Assembly (NCBI RefSeq): GCF_001194135.2 | Contig: NC_068982.1 | Coordinates: forward strand, 121,052,033-121,116,032 | DNA length: 64,000 nucleotides | Source of the DNA: Octopus bimaculoides | Taxonomy: Eukaryota | Direction: 5' to 3' | Shown: one piece after another, positions 48,811 through 62,535 of the stretch | Numbering within the stretch: position 1 is the stretch's first letter | How the letters are laid out: the number at the start of each line of letters is the position of its first letter | Program-made: the position numbers and the translations under genes | Notes under the pieces: generated by a model | Seen by the model: only the letters and a program-made list of their open reading frames with translations | Database searches by the model: none | What the model was told of the DNA's origin: nothing

Positions 48811-50652
48811 GAATGTTGTTTGTCTCATGAAAGTACTGACATTGTATTTTAGCATAGAGGACAGGGAATTGAGAAACCAAAAGTTGGTATGTCCTGAATG
48901 AAACACACTTGCACAGTGGAAGTAAACTCCTGTCCAAATATATTCACTTCTTGAGGAGAAGGAAGAGGAAGAGGAGTAATATTGGCTACAGCTGCATGAA
49001 CAACTAGAGAAATGCAACTGTTACTAACTATGCTACACCAAACATGTGTTCACATAAGGAAACTATGGAAGCGGTAGCATTTCGTTATCAGAGATGTGTG
49101 TGTGACATTGACTTCAACAACAATAACAACCACTTTTAAGAGGTCCATTATTTGTTTGTGGTTCTCAGAAATTCTTGTATATGAAATTTATTGAAATGTA
49201 AAAAAAGCATGCTCTGAACTACTTATACTTTTTAGACTGAACAACTTTCCTCCCAGAGGCCCAACATTGGTTGGGATGACCAGTATGTGAATAATCTTCA
49301 TGTTTTACATCAGGGTATCCTTCATTTAGACAAACATTCTAAAAAAACTAGGGGTCCATCACTCTTAAAGTGATTTTATGATAGGCTTGTTCACTATTTC
49401 AAGTATTTCTATATCCCTACACACTATTGCTAGCTGGTCATTAACTTTATGCTAGTCTCATCTGTCCTTTGGACAGATCTTGTTATCTTGTTGGGTTTCT
49501 AGTAACTCTACTCACTAGACTAGTCTGATTGGTGTTCTGGTTTATTCATGGATGATCTGATCTTGTTATAAGGTTGTACTGGAAGGATTACATGTTACCA
49601 CTAGCACTCAGAATTATTTAATACACCTGTTGAGATTGGAAAAGATAGTGTGCTGAAAGGAAGAGTAATGAAATTGAAGGCCAGTGGTATATGTCAATAT
49701 GGTGAGACGAAGGAGTAAAAGAGTTGAAGGGTAGTAAGAAAGCCAGAAAATGGGTGATGACAAGGAAGAACGAGTCACGGGTAGCAAATAATATGGGTGT
49801 TAGGAAGTAAAACTGGTGGATGTCAATAAAGGAGAAATGATTGGTGTGTGTATGCATGTGTGCGCAAGCACACACAAACACACACATACCCCGGCTGTAC
49901 TTAACAGAAAGCTCTATTACATCCTGTTGTCCTTCATAATTTTATCACTAAATGGATTTAAGATACTGAAAACTTTAACAAATAGCAAATAACCACCTAA
50001 TGGTTAGTAAACCATATCTCTTTCAGGTCACCAAGCCTGCAATATATCTAAATATCTGTTATTACTGAGGCTGCTGCAGGGATCTATCCTATGAACCACT
50101 CCTTTTAATGTTCCTGCATCTCTATGAGACAAAAACGTTGCTATTTATTCAAACTAAATAACTTCACAACCTGACCTTTGAAAATAAGATCTTCTATTTG
50201 CCCTTTGCAAACTATACCTTCTTCATGATGACTAGATTTTTACACCATCAACAATATATGAAGCAATGAGGGAAGCTCATTGTTGTTAGTTATTGACCTA
50301 TTAGAAATAGCAGTCGTCTGAACACTCTTGGTATCACCATCTGCCATGTTTAAAGTAGAATGACATATTGGATAATGTAGTCTTTAATGCCCTGAACCTT
50401 GAAAATGAATGGGAATATCATAGGGCTACTTCAACTGGGTTGACTAGGGTTGAAATATGAACATGAAACACTTGTAAGTGATCGACTTAATCTCACTTTA
50501 CAATGTTTAGCCTTCAGGTAAATCCAGAATGACACTCTAGAACCTGACCTTTCTCTCAGTAGACTAGCGTATAAGAATATGAAATTACTACAGTGATGGA
50601 AATATTTATTCTTTTGCTTTTATTTATATATATTTTTTTCTCTTAAATCTAG

Positions 50653-50776
50653 ATGGATTTCCCCTGAATTTGACAAGAAGCAAGTCCGATTAGTTGTGTA
50701 CCTGGACAGTGACCTGCGTGGCCGTCAACTTTTGTTTGATTCAAAAGCTTTCCCACAGATGGAAGACAACAATGAG
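50653..50776 (+). CDS. FNIP1: FNIP1/FNIP2-family coding exon 2 (N-terminal longin/uDENN region start): (P)[41 protein letters not shown]
   Basis: Polypyrimidine tract plus CTAG| acceptor and GAG|GTATGT donor; 124 nt (phase 2 to phase 0). The peptide closely matches vertebrate FNIP1 [30 protein letters not shown] (recalled). Confidence 0.93.
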
Positions 50777-51229
50777 GTATGTCATTTGTTTTGTTAACCA
50801 CATTTCTTATATAGAGACCAGTGTTCAGATGGTGATTATCTCTTTATGATTGTTACATACATGTATATGTATGTATGTGTGTGTGCATATGTGTGTACAT
50901 TTAAACACACACACACACACTGAAATTTGATTCATTTACTAACAGACAAAAGTGCTTGTGAAGCTAAGGCACTAAATAAACTATTATCTGTAATACCAAC
51001 TAACTTATACTTTGATACAACAATAGTGTTACTGTCTAGGTTTTTTTTTTATATACTTATTGTCAAAGGTGAAAGGGTAGTGCCTATGCCCATTTTACTT
51101 TTTAGTCAAGGGACAGTCTCTGAGTTCATGGGAAAAAAGAAAAATGTCTTTATATCCTCAAGCCTAAGACACAAGCATTCCTGGCTGGAATGCTTATGTC
51201 TGAGTGAACTCTGCTAATGACATCCAAGA

Positions 51230-51495
51230 GCCAAGTAGTGGTATTAGTAGTAAAGTTCCATCCCAAGCCATGTAAACTCATTGTGTTAGTTTCCCAGTTT
51301 CCATGGCATATATATTCCCAACCTGGACAGGATGCCAGTCCATTGCAGGATTACTCATTTTTGCCAGCTGGACTGGAGCAACGTGAAATGGAGTGTTTTG
51401 CTCAAGGACACAATGCATCACCTGATCCAGGAGCCAAAACCACAATCTCACAATCATATGCCCAATACCCTAACCACTAAGCCATACACCTCCAC
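51230..51495 (-). mobile_element. tRNA-derived SINE family E (CORE-like plus V-like blocks)
   Basis: Minus: GGAGGTGTATGGCTTAGTGGTTAGGG head, GTGTCCTTGAGCAAAACAC, CCTGCAATGGACTGGCATCCTGTCCAGG. Confidence 0.65.
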
Positions 51496-51509
51496 AGTGG
51501 TGATATGAA

Positions 51510-51717
51510 CCCTTTAGCATTGAAGCCCATCAAATCCAACCCAAATATTCCATTGGTTTTATGTTCAAACTGGCCAAATGCAGCCTCTCATACCTACCCG
51601 ATAATGTTGTTCTAAAAATAAACAATCACATCAAGATCTCAAAGCTATGAGACAATGCATGATTAATTCAAAATAGATAAGCATTACATTTGACTGAGTA
51701 ATCTGAACAGTAAGGGG
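51510..51717. mobile_element. piggyBac-type MITE (second copy)
   Basis: TGAA|CCCTTTAGCATT ... AGTAAGGGG|TTAA; internal sequence homologous to 32469-32681. Confidence 0.7.
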
Positions 51718-52234
51718 TTAAATGAATGCTGGATTAAATGTGTATTTTAAACAAGGCACTTTATGCTACATGAAAATAGCCCACTGCTGCTATTTTAATG
51801 GCTCAGTAGTTTGCAGTGGCAAATGGCATCTCAAAATACATGTTTTCTTTGAGTTAACATATCATTAACAAATATTGTGTTAAATAAAAATTCTTCATCT
51901 ATGTTAATTTGAGAAATATTGTGTGTGTGTGTCCTTTTATGCAAATCTTTCCATGTTTGCATTGATGTGATGGTTTATTTGTTGGAGCCATTGTTTTGGC
52001 ATCTGCTTACCTTTCCTTCCATCTACCATTCAAGGGGAACAGGAAAATTATAGCTAGCAGTTTTTTTCTACCTTACTTTGGAGCACAACACAATGGCTGT
52101 GGTAGTGAGATTTGAATTCCTGATTTTAGCCTGGCCAGTACTTAACTTAACTCACATTGTGCCTTAATGTGTGTGTGTGTATGTATAATATCACTGCATC
52201 ACAGTGACCATGTTTATCTGGATTATGCATAACA

Positions 52235-52610
52235 AATGGTGGCTGTGTGGTCAGAAACTTGCTTCTCAACCACATTATTCTGGGTTCAGTCCCACTGCAT
52301 GGCACCGGGCAAGTGTCTTCTATTATAGCCTCTGGCCAACCAAAGCCTTGTGAGCAGATTTGGTAGACAAAGTCTGAAAGAAGCCTGTTGTATGTGTGTG
52401 TGACTTTGTGTCCAAACTTGTCCCCAACCACCGTTGACAACCGGTGTTGGTGTGTTATGTCCCTGTAACTTAGCAATTTAGCAAAGAGACCAATAAAATG
52501 AGTACCAGGTTTTAAAAAAAAAGTACTGGGATCTATTCATTTGACTAAAAATACTTGAAAGTGATGCCCCATCATAGCCACAGTCTGAAACAAGTAAAAA
52601 GATTAAAAGA
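52235..52610 (+). mobile_element. SINE family B, full length
   Basis: GGCTGTGTGGTCAGAAACTTGCTTCTCAACCAC...GGGTTCAGTCCCACTGC...GGGCAAGTGTCTTCTATTATAGCC...GAAACAAGTAAAA. Confidence 0.85.
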
Positions 52611-52809
52611 AAGATGATGATTGGTCAAATATACATTTTCAAGGGTAGGTTTTAATAGTGTAGGATACTGATTCTCAGAAAATATGAACTGCAAAATCTG
52701 AGTCCTAGAAGAGACTTGGTAAAATTGAATTGAAGACTGTTGGGCAAACAATGGGAACTGAGTGAAATGGATACAATGCAGTTGGATTCAGAAAACATCT
52801 GTATAACAC

Positions 52810-53345
52810 CATTCAAGCATGGTCAGTGCCAGTACCACCTGACTAGCATGTAAAAAGCACCCATTACACTCTTGGAGTGGTTGGCATTAGGAAAGGCATC
52901 TAACTGTAGAAACCTTGGCAAATCAGATTGGAGTCTGGTACAGCCTTCTGGCTTGCCAGTTTTCAGTCAAACCATCCAACCCATGCCAACATGGAAAGTG
53001 GACGTTAAACAACGATGATGATGATGACCTGACTGTTCTTTGTTGAAGATGTAATGGTACTCTAGAGTGTAGAATGTATTTCTGCAAAGGTGCAGTATTA
53101 GATAATCTTATGTTGTTTCTAGCTGTCCCTGGCCATCACTACCTTTACTACTCATCATCATCCTTTAAAGTTCGTTTTCCATGCTGGCATGGGTTAGATA
53201 GTTTGACCAGAGCTGGTTATCCAGTGAGCTGCACCACGTTCCAGTTTGATTTAGCTTGGTTTCCATGGCTGCATGCCCTTCCTAATGCCAACCACTTTAC
53301 AGTGTGTGCTGGGTGTACTGGCATGAACACTTTATGTGGCACTGG
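52810..53345. mobile_element. Tail-to-tail inverted pair of RTE 3' UTR-type repeats (+ ~52810-53030, - ~53155-53345)
   Basis: CCAACCCATGCCAACATGGAAA...(GAT)n and (CAT)n...TTTCCATGCTGGCATGGGTT about 125 nt apart. Confidence 0.8.
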
Positions 53346-55429
53346 CACAGAACTTTTGCAGGCCAATACTCTTTACCAGGGGATGCAGCTTTAACACTTC
53401 TGCTGGGGTGGACGGGTCTTGAATACTGTTTAAAATATCTCATGTTAGTAACTATATTTAATGGTTTATTTCCCTAGACATGTCTTCTCCATCAGACTAT
53501 CGCATGTTATATAGGAGCCATATTTTGATGTTCCTTTATTTAGATGTAAACTTCATCCCAAATTAAGCATGGTCATTTTGTCATCTCATCGTTTCTGAAT
53601 AAGTGTGTTCCATACTACAGTATTGTTCATATATCAAAGATGGTGTTACTGCTACATGCTAAAGGCAGCATCCAGAAAATAAAAAAAGGCCCTCAAACTG
53701 ATTATCAAGGCTTCACTTGTAAACAGACTACCCCACAGTAGCACATTGATGTACTGTTTCCCCCCTCCCCGCTCTCTTGTATTTCTGTAGCAACAGTATC
53801 TACTCTCAGCTAGTGAACTGCTTTTCTTGTTCTTATCACTCCTACACTAAATAGTTTGATGTCTTCTAGAGAAGCTTCATATCCCAAGAAATAATTATTT
53901 AAAATTTAGTAAGAATTCAGGTGAAATAGTGAAAGAAATATTAGCTGGGAAACATTAGCTGTCAACCTATTGATGTGTCTTTCATTTTCATTTCTAGTAT
54001 TAGTTTGAAGAAGCACTATGTGATTTTTCTTTTCAGATTTCCTCCAACATACACCACACTGACAAAATTACAAAATTCTCTCTCTCTCACGTGCACACAC
54101 ACACACACGCACACACACACACACAGTATGATAATCTCCAAACACACCTTTTACCAATTTGTTACACATTTGAAAATTATACCACTCAGAAAGCTATATC
54201 TTGACAAAGCTTCAATAATTGTTACATTTATTTTAAAAGACTCCTTTTGCTATGGGGCCTCCTGTTATGATTATAAAACTGGTTACTCTGCTTTTCTGTT
54301 TTTTTTTTTACCCCAGCAAAATTTTCGAGAAGCATATTTCAATTATTACATAAAAGTGAGCTTCATAGAAAGGAACTCTTCTATAATGTGGGGTGTTCTT
54401 CTATACTGTTATTCTGGCTGTAGAAAAATCCTTTGTTTCATCAACCATTTGACTATCTTGATTTTACATTTATACCTACAATTAAACATTTACATTATTC
54501 AAACAAACTTCTGTATTCACAACCACATACACATTTATCTATTCATGTCTTTTCCCAGAATTATATTCTCGATTTTCATCTTTATTTGTCAGTCTGAGGA
54601 ACATGATCCATTGTTTCTCAACATTTTTTGTTCCACTCCTTTCTTCAATTTAAAACCAAACAAAACAAAACCAAAACCAACAAAATGTGCACTCCATCAC
54701 CATGAGCATATAAAGCTAATACAAAGCATTTCTATTCAAAAGTAGTTTTAAAACTTTATTGCGGCTTTTATTCATTTGTTAACCTACTTACGACTGATTT
54801 ACTGATTTTAAAGTAACTCATGTTACACTGAGATATTGCGACACCCCATCTTGAGATACATGCTCTAACCATTTCATCTTCTCCTGATTGGCTGATAGAA
54901 ATAACAATGTAAAGGCAATAGTTGATGTTCAGTATAGATTGTTTTATAGTTGTCTTTATTTAGATGAAAACATGGACAAGATTGTAATTCCAAAGGGTTG
55001 GTCAAAATGCTTAGTGGAATGGTCTGGGCTAGGCGAGGGATGTGGAGAGGCAAGTACAACAAGTAGTTTTAAGTAGAAGCTGGTATTCAATCAGTTTGTT
55101 TGCAAAGTGTTGTAGTACTAGTAGTAAAGATATAGAAACTACTTGAAAGTATTTTGATTGAAGCCCTGTAGGCTTGTCAATGAAATGGATTGTCCATAAA
55201 AACTAACCAAAAAACATGATCCAATGTGTAAGTGCCTGAAATGTGTGTGTCTGGGTTGCGTGTGCCATCTGAAGACAGGAAGTGCTAATGAAAATCCAAT
55301 TGAATAATTGGTTTCTCCACTTCTCAAGATACTTAAATGTTTTCTATGTTCCAAATTATTTCTCTTAGATGATGCAGTTTCCATCAGTCGTTTGAGACAG
55401 TTTTTGTCATCACCCATTTGTTCGTCATC

Positions 55430-55615
55430 ATCATCATCATTATTTAATGTTTGTCTTCCATGCTGGCATAGGTTGCACTATTTGTCAGGAGCTGGTGAGC
55501 CAGAGAACTTTATTAAGATCTACTGTCTGCTCTGGCATAGTTTCTACTGTTGGGTACCCGTCTTAATGCCAAACACTTTACTGACTGTACTGGGTGTTTT
55601 TTATGAGGCACCCAT
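55430..55615 (-). mobile_element. RTE 3' UTR-type repeat
   Basis: (CAT)n TTTAATG...TTCCATGCTGGCAT...AATGCCAAACACTTTAC. Confidence 0.7.
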
Positions 55616-56851
55616 TTTTATACTGGAAGAAAAAAATCCACTAAAAAAAGGGATTATATATATNNNNNNNNNNNNNNNNNNNNNNNNNNNNNNNNNATAT
55701 ATATATATATATATATATATATATACGCATATACACACATTGATGATATGTGTATAGTTTGATCCATGCAGACATGGAAAATCGAACATTATATGATGAT
55801 ATAAAATCCCACTAAACATTCTGCTCTTTGTATCATCATCACCTCTGTTAATAACATCTCCCATAAGTGTTGTTATGGTTGTTGTGACTAAGATGTGTCA
55901 CATCATTCACATGTCTTTCTGTGTTTTACATCTGTTTTTATATTTCAAATTTTTCTGTACCATTATGGATTGGACAGGTACTTATTTGAGGAAGTATTTT
56001 TATAATTGAATACTCTTCCTGTTGCTAACTCTATACTGTTTTATAAGCAAGGGTATTTTTATTCCACTGCTTCAAGAATGCAGAGCTAGAGGTATGATGT
56101 TCACCAGGAATGTAAACACAACTATTTTTTTTTTTTACCTTTGCAATCAGAGACCTCATGCCTAGAAGTGAAAATGACAACTTTCATGCTCACACATATG
56201 CAGGTATACACTTAAATACATATAGTTTCCACCTACCAATTTCATTCCTAAGGTCAGTTCTTGACAGTAGTAGAAGACACTTGCCCCAAGGTACTGCACA
56301 GTAGAACTGAACCTAAGCCCTTATTGTTGTAAAGTGAACTTCTTAACTTCACAGATGTGTTTGTGTCTACTTTTCTGAAATAAAGTTATATTGACATTGA
56401 TATCTTTTAAGTTACTTCTACAGATTTTCTCTCTTTGATTGCATTGTTGACATAGATGTATTCATATATAAAGTACCATAGCTTTCTAAATGAAAATAGT
56501 ATTACAACAGTCTTAAAAACCTTGGTTCATTAATTCTTTATCGAAGACAATCAGTAATATGATAATTATGCTTGTTGATGTTTTCAAACAACCCTAGGAT
56601 ATAGTTCTCTCTCATGTCCTAGGTGAACCACTTATATATAGTCAACTTAGTGATACAACAACTACATGCACATATACATTACACACACAAATATGCATTG
56701 TTGAATGCTTGAAAACTGCTTCTTAAGGGCATGGTTTTGGGTTCAGCTGCACTGCACTGCACTGCACTTTGAACAAATGTTTTCTGCTATTGCCCCAGGC
56801 TGATCAAAGCCTTGTGAGTATATTTTTGGTATCTGGAAACTGAAAGAAGTT

Positions 56852-56887
<36 letters not shown>

Positions 56888-57547
56888 ATGTATATATGTG
56901 TTTGTTTGTTTCTGTGTTCTATGGAATTTGGTATAAGCTGTGATGATGCCACTTCTGTCAACAACTTACTTATTTTACCTTTGTAAACTTATTAAACGAG
57001 AGATTACTTTACCTAGAAAAATGACGATGGTGATGATGATAATGACTGCTGGTGTGTTTGAGAGAGAGAGAGAGAGAGAGAGAGTGCATATGCACTCACA
57101 GTTTAATTAATGTCAGTGATATGGTTATGAATGCCCGATAAAATTGTTTTAATTAACTGAATTACAAAAAATAAGTAAGAGTGATATATAATAATATATT
57201 TGGGCTTTAAAATGGCTAATATGTCTCTTCTCAAGGTGTATCAATACTACTTTCATGCTTTCAACATATAATTTCAAGTCAAATTACTTGTCAAACAAAT
57301 ACAACTGTGATGCAGACAGACAGAGAAAAAGTTGACTTTGGTTACAAAAAAGGGGAAGAAAGTACTCAATACTGTTAGGTGAAGTGGAATAATATTTAAG
57401 ATTGAATATTCAAAGTTGAAAGTGTAAGTTGTTACTTGGTGTTTTTCATTTGTGATCCGTTTTTGCACCTGGACATTGGGAATGTGAAACTCAGGGTTGT
57501 AATTCTTGGACTCAGCTTTGAATATCTACTTTGTATTTGTGTATGAT

Positions 57548-57579
<32 letters not shown>

Positions 57580-58357
57580 TAAAATACAGGTTCTTCATTA
57601 TGGTTTTAATGTCTGATAAAGTGATCAGTTGGAGGTCTAGCAAGGTGGAACAGTTATGGGTTACCAGATTGGGCTACAACATACAGATTAGGCTACTTTT
57701 CAGACATGCTGTTACTACCATGTGTTTAATTGGGACAGCTTGTAATTTTAAAATTGACCTTCAGGTAATCATTATGTAATTTTTAGTTTACTACAAAAAT
57801 TCTCGTTTTGCACTACTTTGTGAATACAATCTACTACTTTTTTGCAAATGTGTTATTTTTTGTGAAATTGATCTGCCAATTGTGGCTCCAGCCAATGAGT
57901 TTGGTAGATAGTGTGTGGGTGGGTTAGAGTGTGAATGGTCATGATGTCAGTGTATAAGGTCATGACGTTAGCATACAAGTACGTGAGTTATATTCTACAA
58001 GAGTGCTTTAGTTTACACCAGATTAGGAAATGTGTGCGTGTGTGTGTGTGTGTCATGGGAAACTAACTGCTGACTCTCAAGTGTGTATCATTCTAGCAGA
58101 CACGATTTCCTGTCCAGCAACCCTACAGAAACATTATTAAACAACATTACAACTATTTTAGACATTTATCACAAATTTCTAGCTCAACAAACCAATTTCT
58201 GGAATTTTTCTGACTCCTCCATTTTTTTTTTTTTTTCATTGAGTTTGATAAATTTTTATATATTTATTTTTACATGAACATTTTCAACTCAACATTAAAC
58301 AATGAATTACTGTCAGTTCACTAACTAGCCACTTAAAACTCTGCGTGTGTGTGCAAG

Positions 58358-58388
<31 letters not shown>

Positions 58389-59299
58389 GTGAGAGAGAGA
58401 TACCTAGCAATGAATATTATGTCAACATAATCAAATATGAAATTATTCTGGATTGTAATATGTAAACAACAAGTAGACCAAACCATGACACTGTATCAAC
58501 CAATAAGAGCTATATAGTATTCTATATACACTAACCTTCTTCATCTTTGTCTCTAACACCCCCACACTATCAATATTTAAATGACACCAACCAATAAGAC
58601 CTATATAATATTCTACAGCAACTTTTTTTATAATGGTTTACTTTTGGCTTTTTACTTTAACGTGTGGCTCACATCGAAATATCAGACACGTCAAATCGTC
58701 CAACCCATGCTAGCATGGAAAGCAGACGTTAAACAATGATGATGATGATAAGAATATGCCCTCATATCCATCACTGATAATGCTTATTGTAAGCAAACGT
58801 TAAACAAATTGTGCTGCAAAACACTGTCTAAAAGTTATCAACAGCCCACAAATTCATGAAATTTGAAGATTTTTCTTTAGAAAAGTTCCTAGATTCACGA
58901 AGAGCACTTCAGAGACCTACATATTTCTGACCATTACTGTACACAAAAATCCTCTACATTCTCTTCTATACAATAATTCTGCCACTAACAATATTTAAAT
59001 AACATCAATTAATACTAATGGTGTAATATTCTAAACACTGTAGCTCTTTTCTCAGTATTTAGATGACATTAACAAACATACAAACAGTTGTGGATGTTTT
59101 TGACCAGCAAACTTGAAAGATGTTTTATATATATTGCAGTTTTATAGAAGGTCATATTATATCAGATAAATTAGTATAGGATTGTGGGTATAATTTGTGA
59201 GGTAAAGTATTGGATTGCTGGCACAATATGGGCGCAATACATTGTGAAATATGGGATTGTGGTAATGGTGAGGTGAAATTTTGGATCAAAGAATCCAGG

Positions 59300-59665
59300 G
59301 ATTTGAGGACAAGTGCTTCAGAAGGCTGTTACACATGCTGTACACAGAGCACAAAACAAACAGCTTTATCAGGCAGTAAGCCACCAAATACACTGGCAGA
59401 CTGGAATCACCCCTTGCACAGGTAAAAAGATGAAAGCTTACCTGGTATAGTCATGTTTCCCATTATAACTTCTTGTCCAAAACCATTCTTCAGAACACAG
59501 TTGAGGTTGGCAGACAGAGAAAATCCTGGTTTGACAACATCAAGGACTGGACAGTGAACCTGCTACGCATAACAGAGATCAGTGGCGACAGTTAACTATG
59601 AAAGCCTCTAGAGTGGCATCTCTATGACTGGCTGCATCAGTTAAAGGATTTTGATGATGATGATG
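59300..59665 (+). mobile_element. 5'-truncated RTE LINE of a different family
   Basis: RRLLHMLYTEHKTNSF...KLTWYSHVSHYNFLSKTILQNTVE...RQRKSWFDNIKDWT, then a (TGA)n tail. Confidence 0.8.
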
Positions 59666-59824
59666 TTGTAGAGCAAAGTTTGTCTATATAGATGGGCCTG
59701 ATATCTGGGGGGAAGTGTGAGCATATGAATGGACATGTGTTGATAGATACAACATCTGCAGTAAAGTAGGGGAGTTTGGGATTTTAAGAGGTATAAATAG
59801 CTTGTGATAGTGATGTACAGTTAA

Positions 59825-60020
59825 CCATTTTGTCACCATGTTTCTGTTGAAATACTTTTCTTTATTTCAGTTAATTCTGAAAGTGAACTATATAAAATAA
59901 CTTTGTCATTATTAAGCTAGTATTTAGAATAAAGTAACTGGAAATTTTAATTGAAGATTTAAATTTAGATTACTTTGAAACACTGCAGGGGCAGACTCAA
60001 GTGGGTTGGGATCAAAAGAG
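59825..60020. mobile_element. TTAA-flanked MITE (second piggyBac-type family)
   Basis: TTAA|CCATTTTGTCACC ... GGGATCAAAAGAG|TTAA imperfect TIRs. Confidence 0.5.
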
Positions 60021-60039
60021 TTAAGCAACAATAATAATA

Positions 60040-60261
60040 ATAATGTTTTCTACTGGAAGCACAAGGCCTCAAATTTGTTGGGTGGGGACTAGTCGATTAT
60101 ATCAACCCCAGTGTTTCACTGGTACTTAATTTATCGACCCCGAAAAGATGAAAAGCAAGGTTGATCTCGGTGGAATTTGAACTCAGAATATAGCAACGAG
60201 CGAAATACTGTTAAGCATTTTATCCAGTGTGCTAATGATTCTGCTAGCTTGCCGCCTTATT

Positions 60262-60308
<47 letters not shown>

Positions 60309-61270
60309 GAAGTAGAGTTGTTTCTAATATAGGCACAAATTTATCTCACCCTCCTTGGTGAAAACTAAGTTAACTCCATAGCTGTAACCACCCATTTCTC
60401 TGGATATATTCTCACATCAACTGCAAGTCATATTTGTTTCTCTCACTCCAGTACTTTTGGTGTCCCCTCTACTTATTACTTTCTGTAGACAAACAGTAAT
60501 AGGAGTAATGAAGTTCTGTCTTCTATAGTTGCAATAGATTTTATTTACACAGGTAAAGGGATCAGACTAATTCTATTTTGTATGTGGCTGTTGTAACATG
60601 CATTTGTTAGTAATGAAAGATCAGGGTCCCAGTTTTGATGATTTAGTGATTACATATTTAATACATAGATGACCAAATAATCTAACTAGAAATGTATGTG
60701 GTGATACAGACAGGTAGTTAGGTTAGTGTTAATATATTTAACATGTGTAAGGCACCAAGCTGGCTGAATCGTAAGTAGACTGGGTAAAATGCATAGTGGC
60801 ATTTTGTCCATCTTTATGTTGTGAGTTTAAATTCTGCTGAGGTCAACTTTATCCTTCATCCTTTCATGAGTCGATAAAATAAGTATCAGTTGAGTACTGG
60901 GGGTCAATGTAATTGACTTACCCACTCCCCAGAAGCTGCTGGCCTTGTGCCAAAATTTGAAACCAATATGTTTAATATGTGTAATATCATACAATCATTC
61001 TTGAAATATGTGATAAGGAAAAATATATAAATAGCTAATATTATTTTCATTTAAGGCAACGAGCTGGCAGAAACATTAGCATGCTGGGCGAAATGCTTAG
61101 CGGTATTTCGTCTGTTTTTACATTCTGAATTCAAATTCTGCTGAGGTCGACTTTGCCTTTCATCCTTTCGGGGTCAATAAATTAAGTACCAGTTGCATAC
61201 TAGGGTCAATCTAATCGACTGACCCCACTCCCCCAAAATTTCGGGCCTTGTGCCTAGAGTAGAAAAGAAA
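60040..61270. mobile_element. Three SINE family A copies (- ~60040-60260, + ~60750-60970, + ~61050-61270)
   Basis: Head GGCAACGAGCTGGCAGAAACATTAGC, B box, and core GCCTTTCATCCTTTCGGGGTCAATAAATTAAGTACCAG. Confidence 0.85.
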
Positions 61271-61958
61271 AAATTATTTTCATTTTCCTGGCAAATGAGG
61301 AGATAATTTTAGACATTGTTTTAGTCTTATTTGAACCTCTTTAGCTAAGTGTAGTCTTCCTGCACTTGCCAAATTAGTGATGAATAAAACATTGAGTAAA
61401 TGTACAAAACTTTGTTTGTTGTTATAATGAAATACATTTGTTTCCTATGTTAACAATGTATAACTTGTATGGAAAGGCTGGGCGTAGCTAATTAGCTTAG
61501 ATCAAGATTGAATTATACAGTTGTTTATCATAATTACTGAAAGAAAGGAAATATTATCATTGATTGATTTTAACTATTTCTTGCCACTTTATTTATTTCT
61601 AATTATATATTTAATGCTTTATCCATTAAATACGTCAACACTAACTTACCACTTGTTTTTCCACGTTGATGGCATCTCTAAATTATTTCAGTTTTGGTAG
61701 ATTTTTGAAAATTATATATGAAATGTTGATTGCAAAATGCTAATATATTGTATTATATATAATCAGTTTACACATGTATGTTTCTTATTTTTTTTTTGTT
61801 TCATTCACGAAGAAGAGACCATGCAAATAAATGTTTCCTTTGTTATGTTTTTTGTTTGTGTAAATATTATATATGTGTTATGTGAGTGTACATAAAATGT
61901 GTGTGTGGGTGCATGTAAATCTGTCTTTATCACTTCTTTATAAACTATCTTTTTCTAG

Positions 61959-62021
61959 GAGTTTCTGCATGTGCGCCGAAATAATGCAGTGATGCTCCCT
62001 GGGAAATGTTCACACGGACTA
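61959..62021 (+). CDS. Candidate FNIP exon 3a (63 nt, phase 0-0): EFLHVRRNNAVMLPGKCSHGL
   Basis: TCTTTTTCTAG| acceptor and TA|GTAAGT donor; open and in frame with exon 2. GKC echoes vertebrate FNIP1 VFGKCCQL (recalled; weak). No transcript evidence. Confidence 0.6.
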
Positions 62022-62472
62022 GTAAGTGTATCCACTGTAGACACATGGGTCCTTTCTCACTCACCTATGTGCTTGGGCTTGGGCTTTTGTCTCTTCATGG
62101 ACCCTCTCTCAATCACCTTTGTGACTGGGTTTGGGCTTTTCTCTCTTCATTAACTAGTAGCTCATTTTCTGTCTTAAATTGTTGTTTGTGTTGTGTTGGT
62201 GTTATTATTTTTTTTTTTTGTTGTACTATGCTTTGGTGTTGGTATTGGCAGTAGTGGTGATGTTATTGGTGGTTGTTACCAATAGTGATGTTGATTGTGT
62301 TGGTGGTGTTGGTTTAATCAATAGGATTGGTGCGGTTGTTTCCCTTGTTATGTTTTTGTTTTGAGTAGATATCTGTGTGTTATGGGAGTACATAAAGTGT
62401 GTGTGTGTGTGTGTATGTGCATGTGTGCGTGTGCCTGTCTTTATCAGTGGTGCTGCTATTATCTTTTTCCAG

Positions 62473-62535
62473 GAAATTCTGCATGTGCACCAAAATAATG
62501 CAGTGACGCTTTCTGGGAAATGTTCACACGGACTA
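62473..62535 (+). CDS. Candidate FNIP exon 3b, tandem duplicate (63 nt, phase 0-0): EILHVHQNNAVTLSGKCSHGL
   Basis: TCTTTTTCCAG| acceptor and TA|GTAAGC donor; 56/63 nt identical to 3a; open frame. Confidence 0.55.

Noticed and set aside
53975-54745. 256-aa ORF
   Set aside because: Runs through a CA microsatellite, has AT-rich F/I/L-biased composition, no recognisable motif and no supporting splice structure.
57704-57764. AG...GT-bounded 61-nt segment in intron 2 (possible poison exon)
   Set aside because: Short pyrimidine tract, in-frame stop and no independent support; such pairs are expected by chance in 11 kb.
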